A stretch of 64,000 nt of DNA from a candidate division FCPU426 bacterium (GCA_963738405.1 CAVTWJ010000016.1:1-64000); one strand, 5' to 3'; shown: positions 30,425 to 40,360, numbered from the stretch's first letter. Program-made: numbers and translations. Notes: generated by a model from the sequence alone, not told the origin.

Positions 30425-31207
30425 ATGAACATCCTACTTATCGGCGATATTATCGGCAAACCAGGCCGCCACGCCGTTCATAACAGTCTGGCCCGCCTTC
30501 GGGCCGACCACACCATCGATTTCATTGTGGCCAACGGCGAAAACCTCGCCAACGGTACGGGTATCCAGCCCGAACAGTTCAAAAACCTGATTGATATGGG
30601 GGTCGATGTGGTCACCTCGGGCAACCACATATTTTCTAAAAAAGAAGTCCGTGAAATTTTAGGTAAAGATCCCCGTCTTTTGAGGCCGCACAATTACCCA
30701 TCCGAAAATCCCGGTTCAGGACTTGGCATCTACGATTGCAAGGGCATCCCGGTCGCGGTGCTCAATCTCATGGGCCGGGTCTACCTCTATCCCATCGACT
30801 GTCCTTTCAAGAGCGCCGACAAGGCTCTGGAACAGGTCAAGGGCAAGGCCAAAATTGTGATCGTGGATATGCATTGCGAAGCCACCAGCGAAAAAAGGGC
30901 TATGGGGTTTTATTTGGACGGAAGAGTTTCTTCGGTTACGGGAACCCATACCCATGTCATGACGGCGGATGAGGAAATTTTGCCGGGGGGAACGGCCTAT
31001 CTCACGGATATCGGCATGTCGGGCTCTTCGAAATCATTGATCGGGATGAAGCCCGAACCCATCCTGCAGCGCTTTTTAACCGGAGCCCCGGCCCGTTTCG
31101 AGGTTTCGGAAGAACTTCCCTACCTCTTCCAGGCCGCCCTCGTTTCGGTGGACCCCGAAAACGGCAAGGCCACCAAAATCGAGCGCATTCGGCAATTCAT
31201 CAGTTAA
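30425..31207 (+). CDS. ymdB: YmdB-family metallophosphoesterase
   Basis: GDIIGKPGR, NGEN, TSGNH, DMHCEATSEK, GTHTHV, TDIGM. Confidence 0.93.
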   Translation: MNILLIGDIIGKPGRHAVHNSLARLRADHTIDFIVANGENLANGTGIQPEQFKNLIDMGVDVVTSGNHIFSKKEVREILGKDPRLLRPHNYPSENPGSGLGIYDCKGIPVAVLNLMGRVYLYPIDCPFKSADKALEQVKGKAKIVIVDMHCEATSEKRAMGFYLDGRVSSVTGTHTHVMTADEEILPGGTAYLTDIGMSGSSKSLIGMKPEPILQRFLTGAPARFEVSEELPYLFQAALVSVDPENGKATKIERIRQFIS

Positions 31208-31239
31208 TCGTGCTTTTTTCAAACCCCGACCGCCCATCC

Positions 31240-32493
31240 CTATTTCGTGTTCCCCGTATCAATGGGAACCGTTGCGCTATTGCCCGTTGAAGTGGGGGCC
31301 GGTGATTCGGGGACCGCGGTAGGGGCCGCATTTTCATCTTGGGGCGCGGCGGTAGCGGCTGGGATAGATGAATCGGTTGGAGTCGCGGCGGCTCCCTGAT
31401 CTTCGGACGCGGAAACAGCGGAGACCTGGGCCAACTGAGCCTTTAGTTTTTTATAGTATTTTTTGACGGCAGGCGTGGTGGGATCGATCTTCGCGGCCTT
31501 CTTGTAATTCTCCAAAGCTAACTTTAAATGGTTCTTCCCCTTCAAATGGAACTGGTAAATCACCCCGATCGTGCCGTAGGACTCCGCATAGTAGTAATAA
31601 GCCACCTTTTCCTTGATCGAAACGGCCTTCTTTAAATCGGCCACGGCGGTCTGGTATTTATGGGCGTAAAAGGCGTTGATGCCCATGAGATAAAACTTTT
31701 TCACCCTTGAATGAAAAACCGAGCCCTCGCCCGGGGCGGGAGTCGGAGTGTTTTCAATCAGCAATTCGGATTCGGTCGGGGTCGGGCTGGGGCTTGAAAC
31801 ATAAGGCACGGAAGTGGGCGTGTCCGTTTCCATTGGAGCCATGGGAGTGGGTGTCTCGGTCGGTGTCATCCGGACCACGGGAGAAGGCATAGGGCTTTCC
31901 ACAGGAGAAGCCGCGGGAGTTTGAACAGGGGTAGGCGTGGGAGCCGCCGAACTTTCCAAGGCAATCGCGTAATCAATCCCCACCCTGGCGTCCACATATT
32001 GAAAAAAATTCGGCGAATTCCCCATCCAGTGGCTTTCCACGGCGAAATCCAAGGACATGGGGCCCACAAACGCTACCTTGGTGCCAATCCCGGCCTTAAG
32101 CGCCGTGCTTCCTCCCCATTGGGTTGGGGAAGCTCCAGCCAGGTTTAAACCCGCCCCTCCTGAAATGTAAGGGTTGTAAGGCAGCTTCATTCCCGCGAAA
32201 GGAAAAAGCCTTCCTTCCACATTTAAGCTGCCCGCCGTAAAGGCCTGGAGTCCGTAAAAGGTGGCGGTCTCGTAACTGAGTCCCACCGAGGCATAATGGC
32301 TGGGTTGGTATTCGGCCAGAAAGTCCAAACCCAGTCCGTCATAATTTGTTTGTCCAAGGGATAACGGCTGAACCGGTGTGCCATAGAGAAAGAAAAGGGA
32401 GGCCGAAAGGGGGGCTAGATCATCCGCCGCTCCCGCGAAGGAAACGGCCAACAGGAAGAAACCGACGGTCAAGGCGAAGCGGTAAGTTTTCAA
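31240..32493 (-). CDS. Secreted protein: small OM beta-barrel + Pro/Thr linker + TPR
   Basis: Signal peptide, alternating beta strands (PYISGGAG, ARVGIDY), PT-rich linker, TPR (ALENYKKAAKIDP). Confidence 0.7.
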   Translation of the reverse strand: MKTYRFALTVGFFLLAVSFAGAADDLAPLSASLFFLYGTPVQPLSLGQTNYDGLGLDFLAEYQPSHYASVGLSYETATFYGLQAFTAGSLNVEGRLFPFAGMKLPYNPYISGGAGLNLAGASPTQWGGSTALKAGIGTKVAFVGPMSLDFAVESHWMGNSPNFFQYVDARVGIDYAIALESSAAPTPTPVQTPAASPVESPMPSPVVRMTPTETPTPMAPMETDTPTSVPYVSSPSPTPTESELLIENTPTPAPGEGSVFHSRVKKFYLMGINAFYAHKYQTAVADLKKAVSIKEKVAYYYYAESYGTIGVIYQFHLKGKNHLKLALENYKKAAKIDPTTPAVKKYYKKLKAQLAQVSAVSASEDQGAAATPTDSSIPAATAAPQDENAAPTAVPESPAPTSTGNSATVPIDTGNTK

Positions 32494-32533
32494 GAATGTC
32501 CCTTTTTCGCTTTCCGCCTCAAATCGAAGCGTC

Positions 32534-33160
32534 TCAGCGGGAATGTTTTGTCAATTTCTTCAGATACTTTCGGGCGGTACGGTTCGCGGGATCGCATCTC
32601 AAGGCCGCCCTGTAATAAATCACAGCCTTCTTGTTGTGACCCTTTTCCGGATAATAAAATTCGTAAATAAGCCCCAGGGTGGAATAAGCCTCGGAATATT
32701 TATATTTGGGCATAGTGGGATCGGAAAAATTAATAGTCTTTTTCAAATAGGTGATGGCCGTTTCGTAATCCTTTTGTTTGTAACGCTTAATTCCCGCATC
32801 GTAGAACTCCCTGGCATGGACGGAACCGTGAAAATATTTAACGGCAGGGGTCGGGGTATCGGTGGGTTCGGCTTCCATCGCGGTTTCGGAGGCGGGAGCC
32901 GATTGGGTTTGAACAGTGGCGGTGGGCTTCGGGGCCAAGCCACCTGACATTATCATGGTAGCGGTCGGCAGGGGGGCAGCGGCGGGCATGGGGGTGGGGG
33001 TAGCAACCGGCATGGGGATCGACGTGGCCGTTGGCGCAGGGTTATTTAAATCGGACATATCAATTTCGACTTCGGCAAAGGCTTTTTGAAGGCCCAAACC
33101 GGCCAAAAGAACGATTAAAAGAGCCGTAGAAACTCTTTTCAGATTCAGCCCAAAAACCAT
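32534..33160 (-). CDS. Secreted Pro/Thr-rich TPR protein
   Basis: Signal peptide, PTATP repeats, TPR (AYSTLGLIY...YYRAALRCDP). Confidence 0.75.
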   Translation of the reverse strand: MVFGLNLKRVSTALLIVLLAGLGLQKAFAEVEIDMSDLNNPAPTATSIPMPVATPTPMPAAAPLPTATMIMSGGLAPKPTATVQTQSAPASETAMEAEPTDTPTPAVKYFHGSVHAREFYDAGIKRYKQKDYETAITYLKKTINFSDPTMPKYKYSEAYSTLGLIYEFYYPEKGHNKKAVIYYRAALRCDPANRTARKYLKKLTKHSR

Positions 33161-33191
33161 GATCTACCTCCAAGTTTCACATGAAAGTTTA

Positions 33192-34493
33192 TCAATTTTT
33201 GGCCGTCTCCTCCAAACTTTCTCCAACAACCCTCACTATTTTCTTGGCCAAATCAGGGGTTAAGGCATCCGAAAAGAACCAGCATTCAAACTGGGAAGGG
33301 GGTAAATAGACCCCCCTGCGGGCCATGGCCCAGAAAAACTTTCCAAACCGCGCCCCATCGCTTTTCTTTGCTTCCAAATAACTTCTAACCGGACCCTTTG
33401 TGAAAAAGAGGGTTCCCATGCTTCCGACCCTTTGGAAGCAGGCCTCAATGCCTTTTTTTTGAACCGCCCTACCTATTCCCTCTTCCACAAAAGAGGCGGT
33501 TTGTTCCAGTTTGGAATAAACAATGCCGTTTTTTAAAGATTTCAAAGTGGCCAAACCTGCCGCCATGGCAACCGGATTGCCGGATAGGGTTCCGGCCTGG
33601 TAAACGGGCCCAAGAGGGGCTATCTGATCCATCAGTTCTTCCCTGCCCCCATAGGCCCCAACCGGCATGCCGCCGCCGATGATCTTTCCGAGGGTCGTCA
33701 GGTCGGGTTTAATTTTATAAAGTTCCTGCGCTCCGCCAAAAGCGACCCGGAAGCCGCACATGACCTCGTCAAATATCAGGAGCGAGCCATTCTTAAGGGT
33801 CATTTCCCTCAAACCCTCCAAAAAACCGGGTGCGGGAGGCACCAGACCCATGTTTCCGGCGATGGGTTCCACAATGACCGCCGCGATGTCCTTAAAACGG
33901 TCGAAGGCTTGGCTTACCGCCTCCAGGTCGTTGTAAGGCAGGCTCAGGGTCAACGAGGCGATTTCCTCGGGAACTCCCGGGCTGTCCGGAAGCCCCAAGG
34001 TGGCAGGGCCGCTTCCGGCCGCTACCAGCAAAGAATCCCCATGGCCGTGGTAACAGCCGTCGAACTTGAGAATTCTTTTCCGCCCTGTCGCCGCGCGGGC
34101 CAGACGGATGGCGCTGAAGGTGGCCTCGGTGCCGGAAGAAACAAAACGGATTTTCTCGATGGAGGGATAGGCTTCTTTAACCAGCATCGCCAATTCCCCT
34201 TCCAAGGGGGAAGGAGCGCCAAAGGTGAAGCCTTTGCGCATGGTCTTTTGAACTTGGTTCAGCACCTTTAAGGGCGCATGGCCCAGAATCAGCGGTCCCC
34301 AGGAACCCACTAGGTCGATGTAGCGGTTCCCATCCGCGTCGATTAGATAAGGTCCCTTGCCCCGTACGAAAAAGATGGGTGTTCCGCCCACGCCCTTAAA
34401 GGCGCGAACCGGGCTGTTAACGCCGCCCACCAAATGTTTTTTGGCGAGTTCGAATAGTTTTTTGGAACGTTGGTTTGAATATTCAGGGGGCAT
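33192..34493 (-). CDS. hemL: Glutamate-1-semialdehyde 2,1-aminomutase
   Basis: [43 protein letters not shown]; start uncertain (34493 or 34556). Confidence 0.96.
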   Translation of the reverse strand: MPPEYSNQRSKKLFELAKKHLVGGVNSPVRAFKGVGGTPIFFVRGKGPYLIDADGNRYIDLVGSWGPLILGHAPLKVLNQVQKTMRKGFTFGAPSPLEGELAMLVKEAYPSIEKIRFVSSGTEATFSAIRLARAATGRKRILKFDGCYHGHGDSLLVAAGSGPATLGLPDSPGVPEEIASLTLSLPYNDLEAVSQAFDRFKDIAAVIVEPIAGNMGLVPPAPGFLEGLREMTLKNGSLLIFDEVMCGFRVAFGGAQELYKIKPDLTTLGKIIGGGMPVGAYGGREELMDQIAPLGPVYQAGTLSGNPVAMAAGLATLKSLKNGIVYSKLEQTASFVEEGIGRAVQKKGIEACFQRVGSMGTLFFTKGPVRSYLEAKKSDGARFGKFFWAMARRGVYLPPSQFECWFFSDALTPDLAKKIVRVVGESLEETAKN

Positions 34494-34587
34494 GGGGGCT
34501 CGTAGTAAGTGTGTTGGTGTTTTGGTCAGTTTAACTGAAGAGGAAGAGAGTGACAACGACCGGGGTTAAGGAATGCGAGAGCTTTAG

Positions 34588-34615
34588 TGTCCAATCCGGG
34601 TCCCCATCGTGGACA
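34588..34615. repeat. 28-bp hairpin repeat, degenerate copy
   Basis: TGTCCAATCCGGGTCCCCATCGTGGACA; 24/28 identical to 35399-35426. Confidence 0.85.
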
Positions 34616-34636
34616 GCTCCAAAAAGTGCGAACCTT

Positions 34637-35377
34637 TTAATAATTCTTTAACTGCATTTTTTCCATCGCCACCTTAGTTATGTTGGGATAAAAATTAATT
34701 TTACATTCTATCTGGCCATTGCGATCTAAAAGCCCCACCCTTCCCAAGGGGTAAATTGGCCCTTTAACAAAAGTAAAAGAGGCTTCGTTTTGAACATCCA
34801 CCTCAACACTTTGATCGTTTAATTTTTTTAAATGAAAATCACCGCAAGAATAATAAGATTTTAAGCTCAGTACTTTTGAACCCGGAAGGCTATCAGAAAA
34901 AACACCCAAATCGGCACTATAACAAAGGTCTCCAGGTATGCTCCTAACAAAAACTAATTCTTGCTTCCCATCTCTTTTCAAATCCGCAATGCAATATTCC
35001 TTAACATTAAATCCAAGATGATAAACTTTCATATCTTTTATTAAAAAGGTATCCCCTGCGTTAATTTGCACTTTATCATTCTTGTCGAGCTCATCGATTA
35101 CAAACACCTGGCCATTTAAACCCACCCAAACTTCCTTAGTCGTTACTTCTTTGACGGGAAATATTTGATCTTTTTCAATTGGGACGGAATTCTTAAACTC
35201 GTTAAAAAGCCATGCCTCAATTAGTTTTTCTGCTTTTGAATTTGAAATTCGCCCGGAATCAGTTCCGCGAGAGGTGGTCTCTTCAGCGTTGAGTTTCCCT
35301 AAAAACAAATCATGATTGGAAATAATAAATAATGCCATAACCAGCCCTACCAAAAGATTTTTCTTCATGAGTTTCAT
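34637..35377 (-). CDS. AT-rich secreted hypothetical protein
   Basis: Signal-like N-terminus, ADLKRDGKQELV (FG-GAP/VCBS-like) motif; start may be 35392, 35377 or 35368. Confidence 0.7.
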   Translation of the reverse strand: MKLMKKNLLVGLVMALFIISNHDLFLGKLNAEETTSRGTDSGRISNSKAEKLIEAWLFNEFKNSVPIEKDQIFPVKEVTTKEVWVGLNGQVFVIDELDKNDKVQINAGDTFLIKDMKVYHLGFNVKEYCIADLKRDGKQELVFVRSIPGDLCYSADLGVFSDSLPGSKVLSLKSYYSCGDFHLKKLNDQSVEVDVQNEASFTFVKGPIYPLGRVGLLDRNGQIECKINFYPNITKVAMEKMQLKNY

Positions 35378-35398
35378 TAGGCCTCTCAACATGTTACC

Positions 35399-35426
35399 TG
35401 TCCACGACGGGTCCCCGTCGTGGACA
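35399..35426. repeat. 28-bp perfect hairpin (REP-like)
   Basis: TGTCCACGACGG-GTCC-CCGTCGTGGACA, 12-bp perfect stem, no U-tract adjoining on the minus strand. Confidence 0.9.
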
Positions 35427-35440
35427 AAGAAAAATCGAAA

Positions 35441-36445
35441 TTAGGAATGTTGGAAATATTTCGCCGCTTCCTTGGCCCAATAGGTCACGATCCTGTCCGC
35501 CCCGGCGCGTTTGATGGCCAGCAGGCTTTCCGCCATGGCGGCTTCCTCGTTCAGCCAGCCCATCTTCCCCGCGGCCTTGATCATCGAATATTCGCCAGAG
35601 ACGTGGTAGGCCCAGATGGGCGCGAGAAACCGGGTCTTGGCTTTGGTGATGATATCCAAAGCTGTCAAAGCGGGCTTCACCATCACGGCGTCAGCCCCCT
35701 CTTCTAAATCCAGCATGATTTCTTTCATGGCTTCCCTGCTATTGGTCGAGGGCATCTGATAGCTTTTGCGGTCGCCGAAGGCGGGGGTGGAATCGGCGGC
35801 GTCCCGGAACGGCCCATAAAAAGCGGAAGAAAATTTGGCGGCGTAGCTTAAAAGCAATGTGTCGGGAAAGCCGCTCTTGTCCAGGGCTTTTCGTATGGCG
35901 CCTACCCGCCCATCCATCATGTCCGAAGGGGCGACGATATCGGCTCCGGCATCGGCGTGGGACAGGGCGATTTTTTGAAGCAGTCCCAATGTGGAGTCGT
36001 TATCCACTTCCTTGCCGTTCAACAACCCGCAATGGCCGTGGGAGGTGTATTCACAGGCGCAGACATCGGTAATGACGACCAGGGTTGGAATTTCTTTTTT
36101 GAGCAGCCGAACCGCTTTTTGCACGATCCCGGTTTTGGCGAAGGCCTGGCTTGCTTGGTTGTCTTTCGTTTTAGGCAGGCCGAACAACAAGACGGCGGGA
36201 ATGCCCAGGGTATGGGCCTGATGGGCCTCATGGACCAAGGAAGTCAGGCTGTGGCGCCTCACCCCCGGCATGCTTTCAATGGCCTCCGAACCCTTTAAGC
36301 CCTCCGCCACAAAAAGGGGCAAAACAAAATCTGCGGCGGATAAACGGGTTTCCTGAAAAAGGGCCCGAATGCCCTTGGTCTTGCGCAACCGGCGCATACG
36401 GTTCGTGGGATAGGACAAAGTAACTCCTTGTTTCCTGCTTTTCAC
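35441..36445 (-). CDS. hemB: Porphobilinogen synthase
   Basis: DVCACEYTSHGHCG (Zn ligands), APSDMMDGR, FYGPFRDA, VMVKP, VSGEY. Confidence 0.97.
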   Translation of the reverse strand: MKSRKQGVTLSYPTNRMRRLRKTKGIRALFQETRLSAADFVLPLFVAEGLKGSEAIESMPGVRRHSLTSLVHEAHQAHTLGIPAVLLFGLPKTKDNQASQAFAKTGIVQKAVRLLKKEIPTLVVITDVCACEYTSHGHCGLLNGKEVDNDSTLGLLQKIALSHADAGADIVAPSDMMDGRVGAIRKALDKSGFPDTLLLSYAAKFSSAFYGPFRDAADSTPAFGDRKSYQMPSTNSREAMKEIMLDLEEGADAVMVKPALTALDIITKAKTRFLAPIWAYHVSGEYSMIKAAGKMGWLNEEAAMAESLLAIKRAGADRIVTYWAKEAAKYFQHS

Positions 36446-36488
36446 TCGGTGGCGAAAAGCGGGTCTTGAATCGGCTTTGTTTTGGTTC

Positions 36489-36860
36489 TTACTTCGCGGG
36501 CGGGTTCTGCGAAAGATAAACCTTCAAGGCCTCGATATCTTCTTCCTTCATGGCCAAGAAATGAAGCCCTAAGCCTTCCGAGTTGGACCAAACCACCTCG
36601 GCAAAGGCCGCGATCGCCGTGGTTTGTCCCGGAATGGTCATATCCAGCCGCAGGATGCTTCCCACATTGACGGCGACATCGGCGACCAAATAAAGCCCGC
36701 CCATACTTAAGTCCATTGTCCGGCTGGTTTTATTCTTATGTTCACGGTTGAAAACCGTTTCAATTTCTTTCGAATCCTCGATCAGGCGGAATTTGACTGG
36801 GACATGGGCCGAAACCCGTGGGTGAACCCTTTTCTCAAGGTACATTTTCGCATCAGGCAT
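36489..36860 (-). CDS. Single-domain PilZ protein (c-di-GMP receptor)
   Basis: RVHPR (RxxxR) and DLSMGG (DxSxxG) motifs; AAGGAG RBS. Confidence 0.88.
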   Translation of the reverse strand: MPDAKMYLEKRVHPRVSAHVPVKFRLIEDSKEIETVFNREHKNKTSRTMDLSMGGLYLVADVAVNVGSILRLDMTIPGQTTAIAAFAEVVWSNSEGLGLHFLAMKEEDIEALKVYLSQNPPAK

Positions 36861-37029
36861 GGTTGCGCTCCTTAAATCGTTCAGGGCCATAAACAAACTT
36901 CTGAACTAAAATACATCACATATTACCCTTTTGGCCCAGCTCCGCCTCTTACAAATAAGTTAAATAAACACGGATTTATATGAGATTTTAACTTTTTTGG
37001 TAAAACGACTGCTACCGGTTGATCAAACG

Positions 37030-37074
37030 AAAAAGAAAAACCCCGCGAAAACATTACTTTGTCTTCACGAGGTT
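37030..37074 (-). terminator. Intrinsic terminator
   Basis: AACCTCGTGAAGAC-loop-GTTTTCGCGGGGTT followed by a U-rich tract, downstream of the 37143 gene. Confidence 0.7.
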
Positions 37075-37142
37075 CGATTTCGTCTAAAGTTGCGAGGGTC
37101 ATTTTCTTGTCTTTTTGGACTCCCCCGTCTCAAACATAGTGT

Positions 37143-37466
37143 TTAGCGAATATTGTGTTTCTTCATTAATTCCTTTGTAGAAACCCATCCACCCTTTTTC
37201 TTAGAGCGGTTAATAGACTCTTCTATTTCCTTAGCCTCTTTTTCATTCGCATTAATGAAATTCAAAGGAACATGTTTAGTAATAACACGCTCAATTTCGT
37301 GAGTAATTTTACGAATAGTCGTATTAGCACCAACTTCATCACTAAGAACAACACTAACAGCATGGTCGATAAATTGGTTCATATTCTTGTAATGAAGCTT
37401 GGTTATTACCAAACGTTCTAGTTTTCGCTTTCCAATTGCAGGGCGATAGCTAATTGGAGCTTCCAT
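37143..37466 (-). CDS. Putative RHH antitoxin
   Basis: ISYRP strand + helices + YKNMNQFIDHAV (RHH-like); C-terminal EIEESI...GWVSTKELMKK typical of RelB/ParD-like antitoxins; GGGAGG RBS. Confidence 0.55.
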   Translation of the reverse strand: MEAPISYRPAIGKRKLERLVITKLHYKNMNQFIDHAVSVVLSDEVGANTTIRKITHEIERVITKHVPLNFINANEKEAKEIEESINRSKKKGGWVSTKELMKKHNIR

Positions 37467-37534
37467 AACACGCCTCCCGCTCTCTATTGTTATTTAATAT
37501 ATTAACATATTAACATAATTACTAAAAGATGCTT

Positions 37535-37837
37535 TTATGATGCTTTTTGTGGCTTTGGACGTAGTCGAAATCGGTCAATTTCCACAGCCTGAATTCGGTG
37601 TTGTTTATCGTAAGTGATCTTACCTTGAATATCGAAAATGACATGGTTATCCGATTTGAAATAACCTTTGCCTTCCTTTTCATGAATGTCTCCCCATTTT
37701 TCGGGCGGGAAATCATCTAACTCTCTTAAGTAACGTCCTGCAAGCCCACACACGGAAGGATTTTCTAACAACTCCGCAAATTCCTTTTGGGCTTGCGGAG
37801 ATAATGAAACCTCAATTTTACCAATGTTATCTCTCAT
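37535..37837 (-). CDS. Putative RelE/ParE-fold toxin
   Basis: 100 aa; VSLSPQAQKEFAEL start and terminal AVEIDRFRLR strand resemble RelE/ParE. Confidence 0.5.
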   Translation of the reverse strand: MRDNIGKIEVSLSPQAQKEFAELLENPSVCGLAGRYLRELDDFPPEKWGDIHEKEGKGYFKSDNHVIFDIQGKITYDKQHRIQAVEIDRFRLRPKPQKAS

Positions 37838-37954
37838 TGCTGTTATTTTCCGCGCCTTAGTTTTTTTGGCTTCTGCGACAGTCTATTGAGCGAACTTCTT
37901 ATTTGAGGTCCTGATCAACCTATTTTCCGCTTCTCAAGTCCGTTAAAAGGTAGG

Positions 37955-39259
37955 TTATTTTTCCACTTCCGGGCTTTTATCGAGCGTCACTTTGATTCCT
38001 ATTGAAAAGCTTTGATAGCTGGTATTAAGCGCGCTGGACCCGCTCGGTGAAATGACCTGGGGCGGATAACTTGGATTATTTGAGAAAAGGCTGACAACCG
38101 GGAATTGCCCGGAAAGAAAAATTTGAAAATCGTCGTTGAGGTCGTAACCCAAATAAAGCCCCGTCTCGAGACCATAGGAACCGAAGGTGTAATCTGGGGC
38201 TGGAATGTCATAGGCAACGGTTGTTCCTGCCGATGGCACTGTTTTATCAATCATCACATTGGTCATGCTGATGCTTTGGTAGGTCAACCCGGCAAAGGGA
38301 CTGATTTTAAGCGGGCTTTCCAAAGGCAATTCGTAAAGAAACCGAATATCAAAACCGATGGCCGTCAGGTTCGGGTTTACGTTGCCGCTAAGATAGGATC
38401 TTTGATCGACCGTTTGATCCTTGGTGATTTCCGACGTAAAAAGAGAAATAAACCCGCCGATTTCCAAGGAGATATTTCCGCCGAAAGAACGTCCAATGGC
38501 CCCGTTGAAGCCGTAGCCCCCGGTGACTTTGGGGAGGAAAAAATAAGGCTGGGCCTGACCCAACCCGACAGCGGTACCGTTTGTCTGGCCCAATTCATTC
38601 CCGTCGAAATTGTTCCAAAGACCCGGCAACGAAGCCCCTACACGGAAATAATCTCCCGCTCCCTCAATTTTCGCTTCCCTTCCAGTACCCGCTTCTGAGG
38701 TTGCGGATGGCGCGGGTAGCTTGTTGGGAGTTTCTTTTAATGGGGTCTCAACCTGGGGCGTCGTAGAAGGAGTGGTCTGTTCTGTTCCAAGACTTTCCAA
38801 ACCTTTTTTTGCCGTTTCATTTTGCGGGTCGGCTTCCAACGCGGCCATGTAATAGGTCCTGGCCAAATTCAAACGGCTCTCGGACCCCTGGTGATTCTGG
38901 TAAATATCCCCTAAGTCCGCGTTCGCTTGCGCGACTTCGGGCGTTTTAGTTCCTAAATCCACCGAAGCCAAGGCCTGGGGCAGTAAATCGAGGGCTGTCT
39001 TGTAATCTTGGGATGTGTAGGCCGCCAGGCCTCTTTTGAATAGATCAGAACCCGATGTAGTGCCAAGTAAAGAGACAGGGATGGTGAGCGTCGTTTCAGG
39101 GGTTGGGATTATAAGTTGAGTTGCGTCTTGGGCCGTAGGCGAGGCAGTGGCTTCTTGCCCTCTCACTTGTGCCGCCAAACCCATCACGCAAACAAACAAT
39201 AAAGCCTGGAGACCGATGAATGACAAATCGAATTCTTTTCGCATTGAAGTTCCGTTCAT
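37955..39259 (-). CDS. Secreted protein: Pro/Thr linker + TPR + OM beta-barrel
   Basis: Signal peptide, TPR (ADLGDIY...YYMAALEADP), barrel strands (SPFAGLTY, FSIGIKVTL). Confidence 0.7.
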   Translation of the reverse strand: MNGTSMRKEFDLSFIGLQALLFVCVMGLAAQVRGQEATASPTAQDATQLIIPTPETTLTIPVSLLGTTSGSDLFKRGLAAYTSQDYKTALDLLPQALASVDLGTKTPEVAQANADLGDIYQNHQGSESRLNLARTYYMAALEADPQNETAKKGLESLGTEQTTPSTTPQVETPLKETPNKLPAPSATSEAGTGREAKIEGAGDYFRVGASLPGLWNNFDGNELGQTNGTAVGLGQAQPYFFLPKVTGGYGFNGAIGRSFGGNISLEIGGFISLFTSEITKDQTVDQRSYLSGNVNPNLTAIGFDIRFLYELPLESPLKISPFAGLTYQSISMTNVMIDKTVPSAGTTVAYDIPAPDYTFGSYGLETGLYLGYDLNDDFQIFLSGQFPVVSLFSNNPSYPPQVISPSGSSALNTSYQSFSIGIKVTLDKSPEVEK

Positions 39260-39311
39260 TTAATTTTACCAATTGAGATTTTTTCTAAAAGCGAACTACT
39301 TTAACCTTTTT

Positions 39312-40202
39312 TTACGATTCAAAATACCGATCCGCGAGGAATTTTTGAAAAATCTCCCGAAGCTCCGAAATCGGGGCTAGGTTTTCGTAGAGATGGTAGG
39401 TATCTCCCGATTTGGTTGTCATGGCTAAATAATATTTTTTAAAGTTTCCCCTGTTCGAATCGTACTTGACGTTGAATTTGCTGATATCTTCCCTCACCAA
39501 GACCTTGCGCCGAAAGGCGGTCCGGACCGCCGCCTCGTTATCGTTGACCGTCAGGGCAAAAACCCTGCCGACAAGGAAGGGATAAAGCCCTACAAGGACG
39601 ACCGCGAGGAAAAACACCACCCTCCATTGGTCCAGCCTGATCTCCTGATCAGAAAAGACTAAGGTCAAGGTCAGCAAGATAATCCCATACCAAGCGAGGG
39701 TCCCAAGGATGTAGGTGGTTTTGGAGCTTAGGCGAATCGGAAATTCGGGAAGCCTTAAGTTTTTGCCGCATCGTTTCGATATTTCATTCAAAAGCCCGTC
39801 ATAGAACTTCAACTTGCGGCTGATCTCAATGGTCTTTTTTCGGGTAAGGTCCTGAAGCAGGTAGGCTTCCTTCGTGTAATGTTCGTGAAGATAGGCTACT
39901 TCCCCCCAAGAGATAAATTCTTTCGGTCTCTTTCCCAGCAGATCGTAAATTCCCTTGAAGTCATAGGCCACTCTACGGTTTCTTTTAGCCCAAATCATCA
40001 CTTCCACAGCCAGGCATATCACCACCAATATCCCAAAAATGATGATCGTACTTTTGGTGCTATTGTCGTGGATTGAGTAACTAAGGCCCATGCCGAAGAG
40101 AAGGACCAGAATAATGGCCAGCACCAACAACTGCCCCGCCCAATAGCCAGGTTGGGGCACTTCGTAGATATCGTCGTAAGAGGCGGATTCGTTATCGATC
40201 AA
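39312..40202 (-). CDS. Membrane protein with two TM-pair + bacterial PH-like repeats
   Basis: Two TM hairpins, each followed by a 'GI...FISWGEV' / 'VLVREDISKF' type segment. Confidence 0.6.
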   Translation of the reverse strand: MIDNESASYDDIYEVPQPGYWAGQLLVLAIILVLLFGMGLSYSIHDNSTKSTIIIFGILVVICLAVEVMIWAKRNRRVAYDFKGIYDLLGKRPKEFISWGEVAYLHEHYTKEAYLLQDLTRKKTIEISRKLKFYDGLLNEISKRCGKNLRLPEFPIRLSSKTTYILGTLAWYGIILLTLTLVFSDQEIRLDQWRVVFFLAVVLVGLYPFLVGRVFALTVNDNEAAVRTAFRRKVLVREDISKFNVKYDSNRGNFKKYYLAMTTKSGDTYHLYENLAPISELREIFQKFLADRYFES

Positions 40203-40207
40203 AAAAG

Positions 40208-40360
40208 CTAACCCTTAGTGCGGATGGTGGTTGAAGAAATACAATAAAAACCCAAAATTAGAAACATGAAAAGTCCATAAAACAAGAACCCTTGGAATTG
40301 GTAAAAGAGAGCCCATCGGATCAATTTCGGAGTTAAAGCAACGCTTATTTCACGGTCCAT
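40208..40360 (-). pseudogene. Truncated paralog of the YcxB-like gene (50 aa)
   Basis: AGGAG RBS; MDREISVALTPKLIRWALFY vs MDREISVHLNAGLFRLAFLY of 40368-40934; below the ORF-track cutoff. Confidence 0.7.

Noticed and set aside
36900..37140. c-di-GMP riboswitch upstream of the PilZ gene
   Set aside because: No GEMM consensus visible; the stem is better explained as the terminator of the upstream gene
37017..37920. 9-bp inverted repeat GGTTGATCA / TGATCAACC around the TA-like pair
   Set aside because: Does not extend beyond 9 bp, no target duplication or transposase; could be chance
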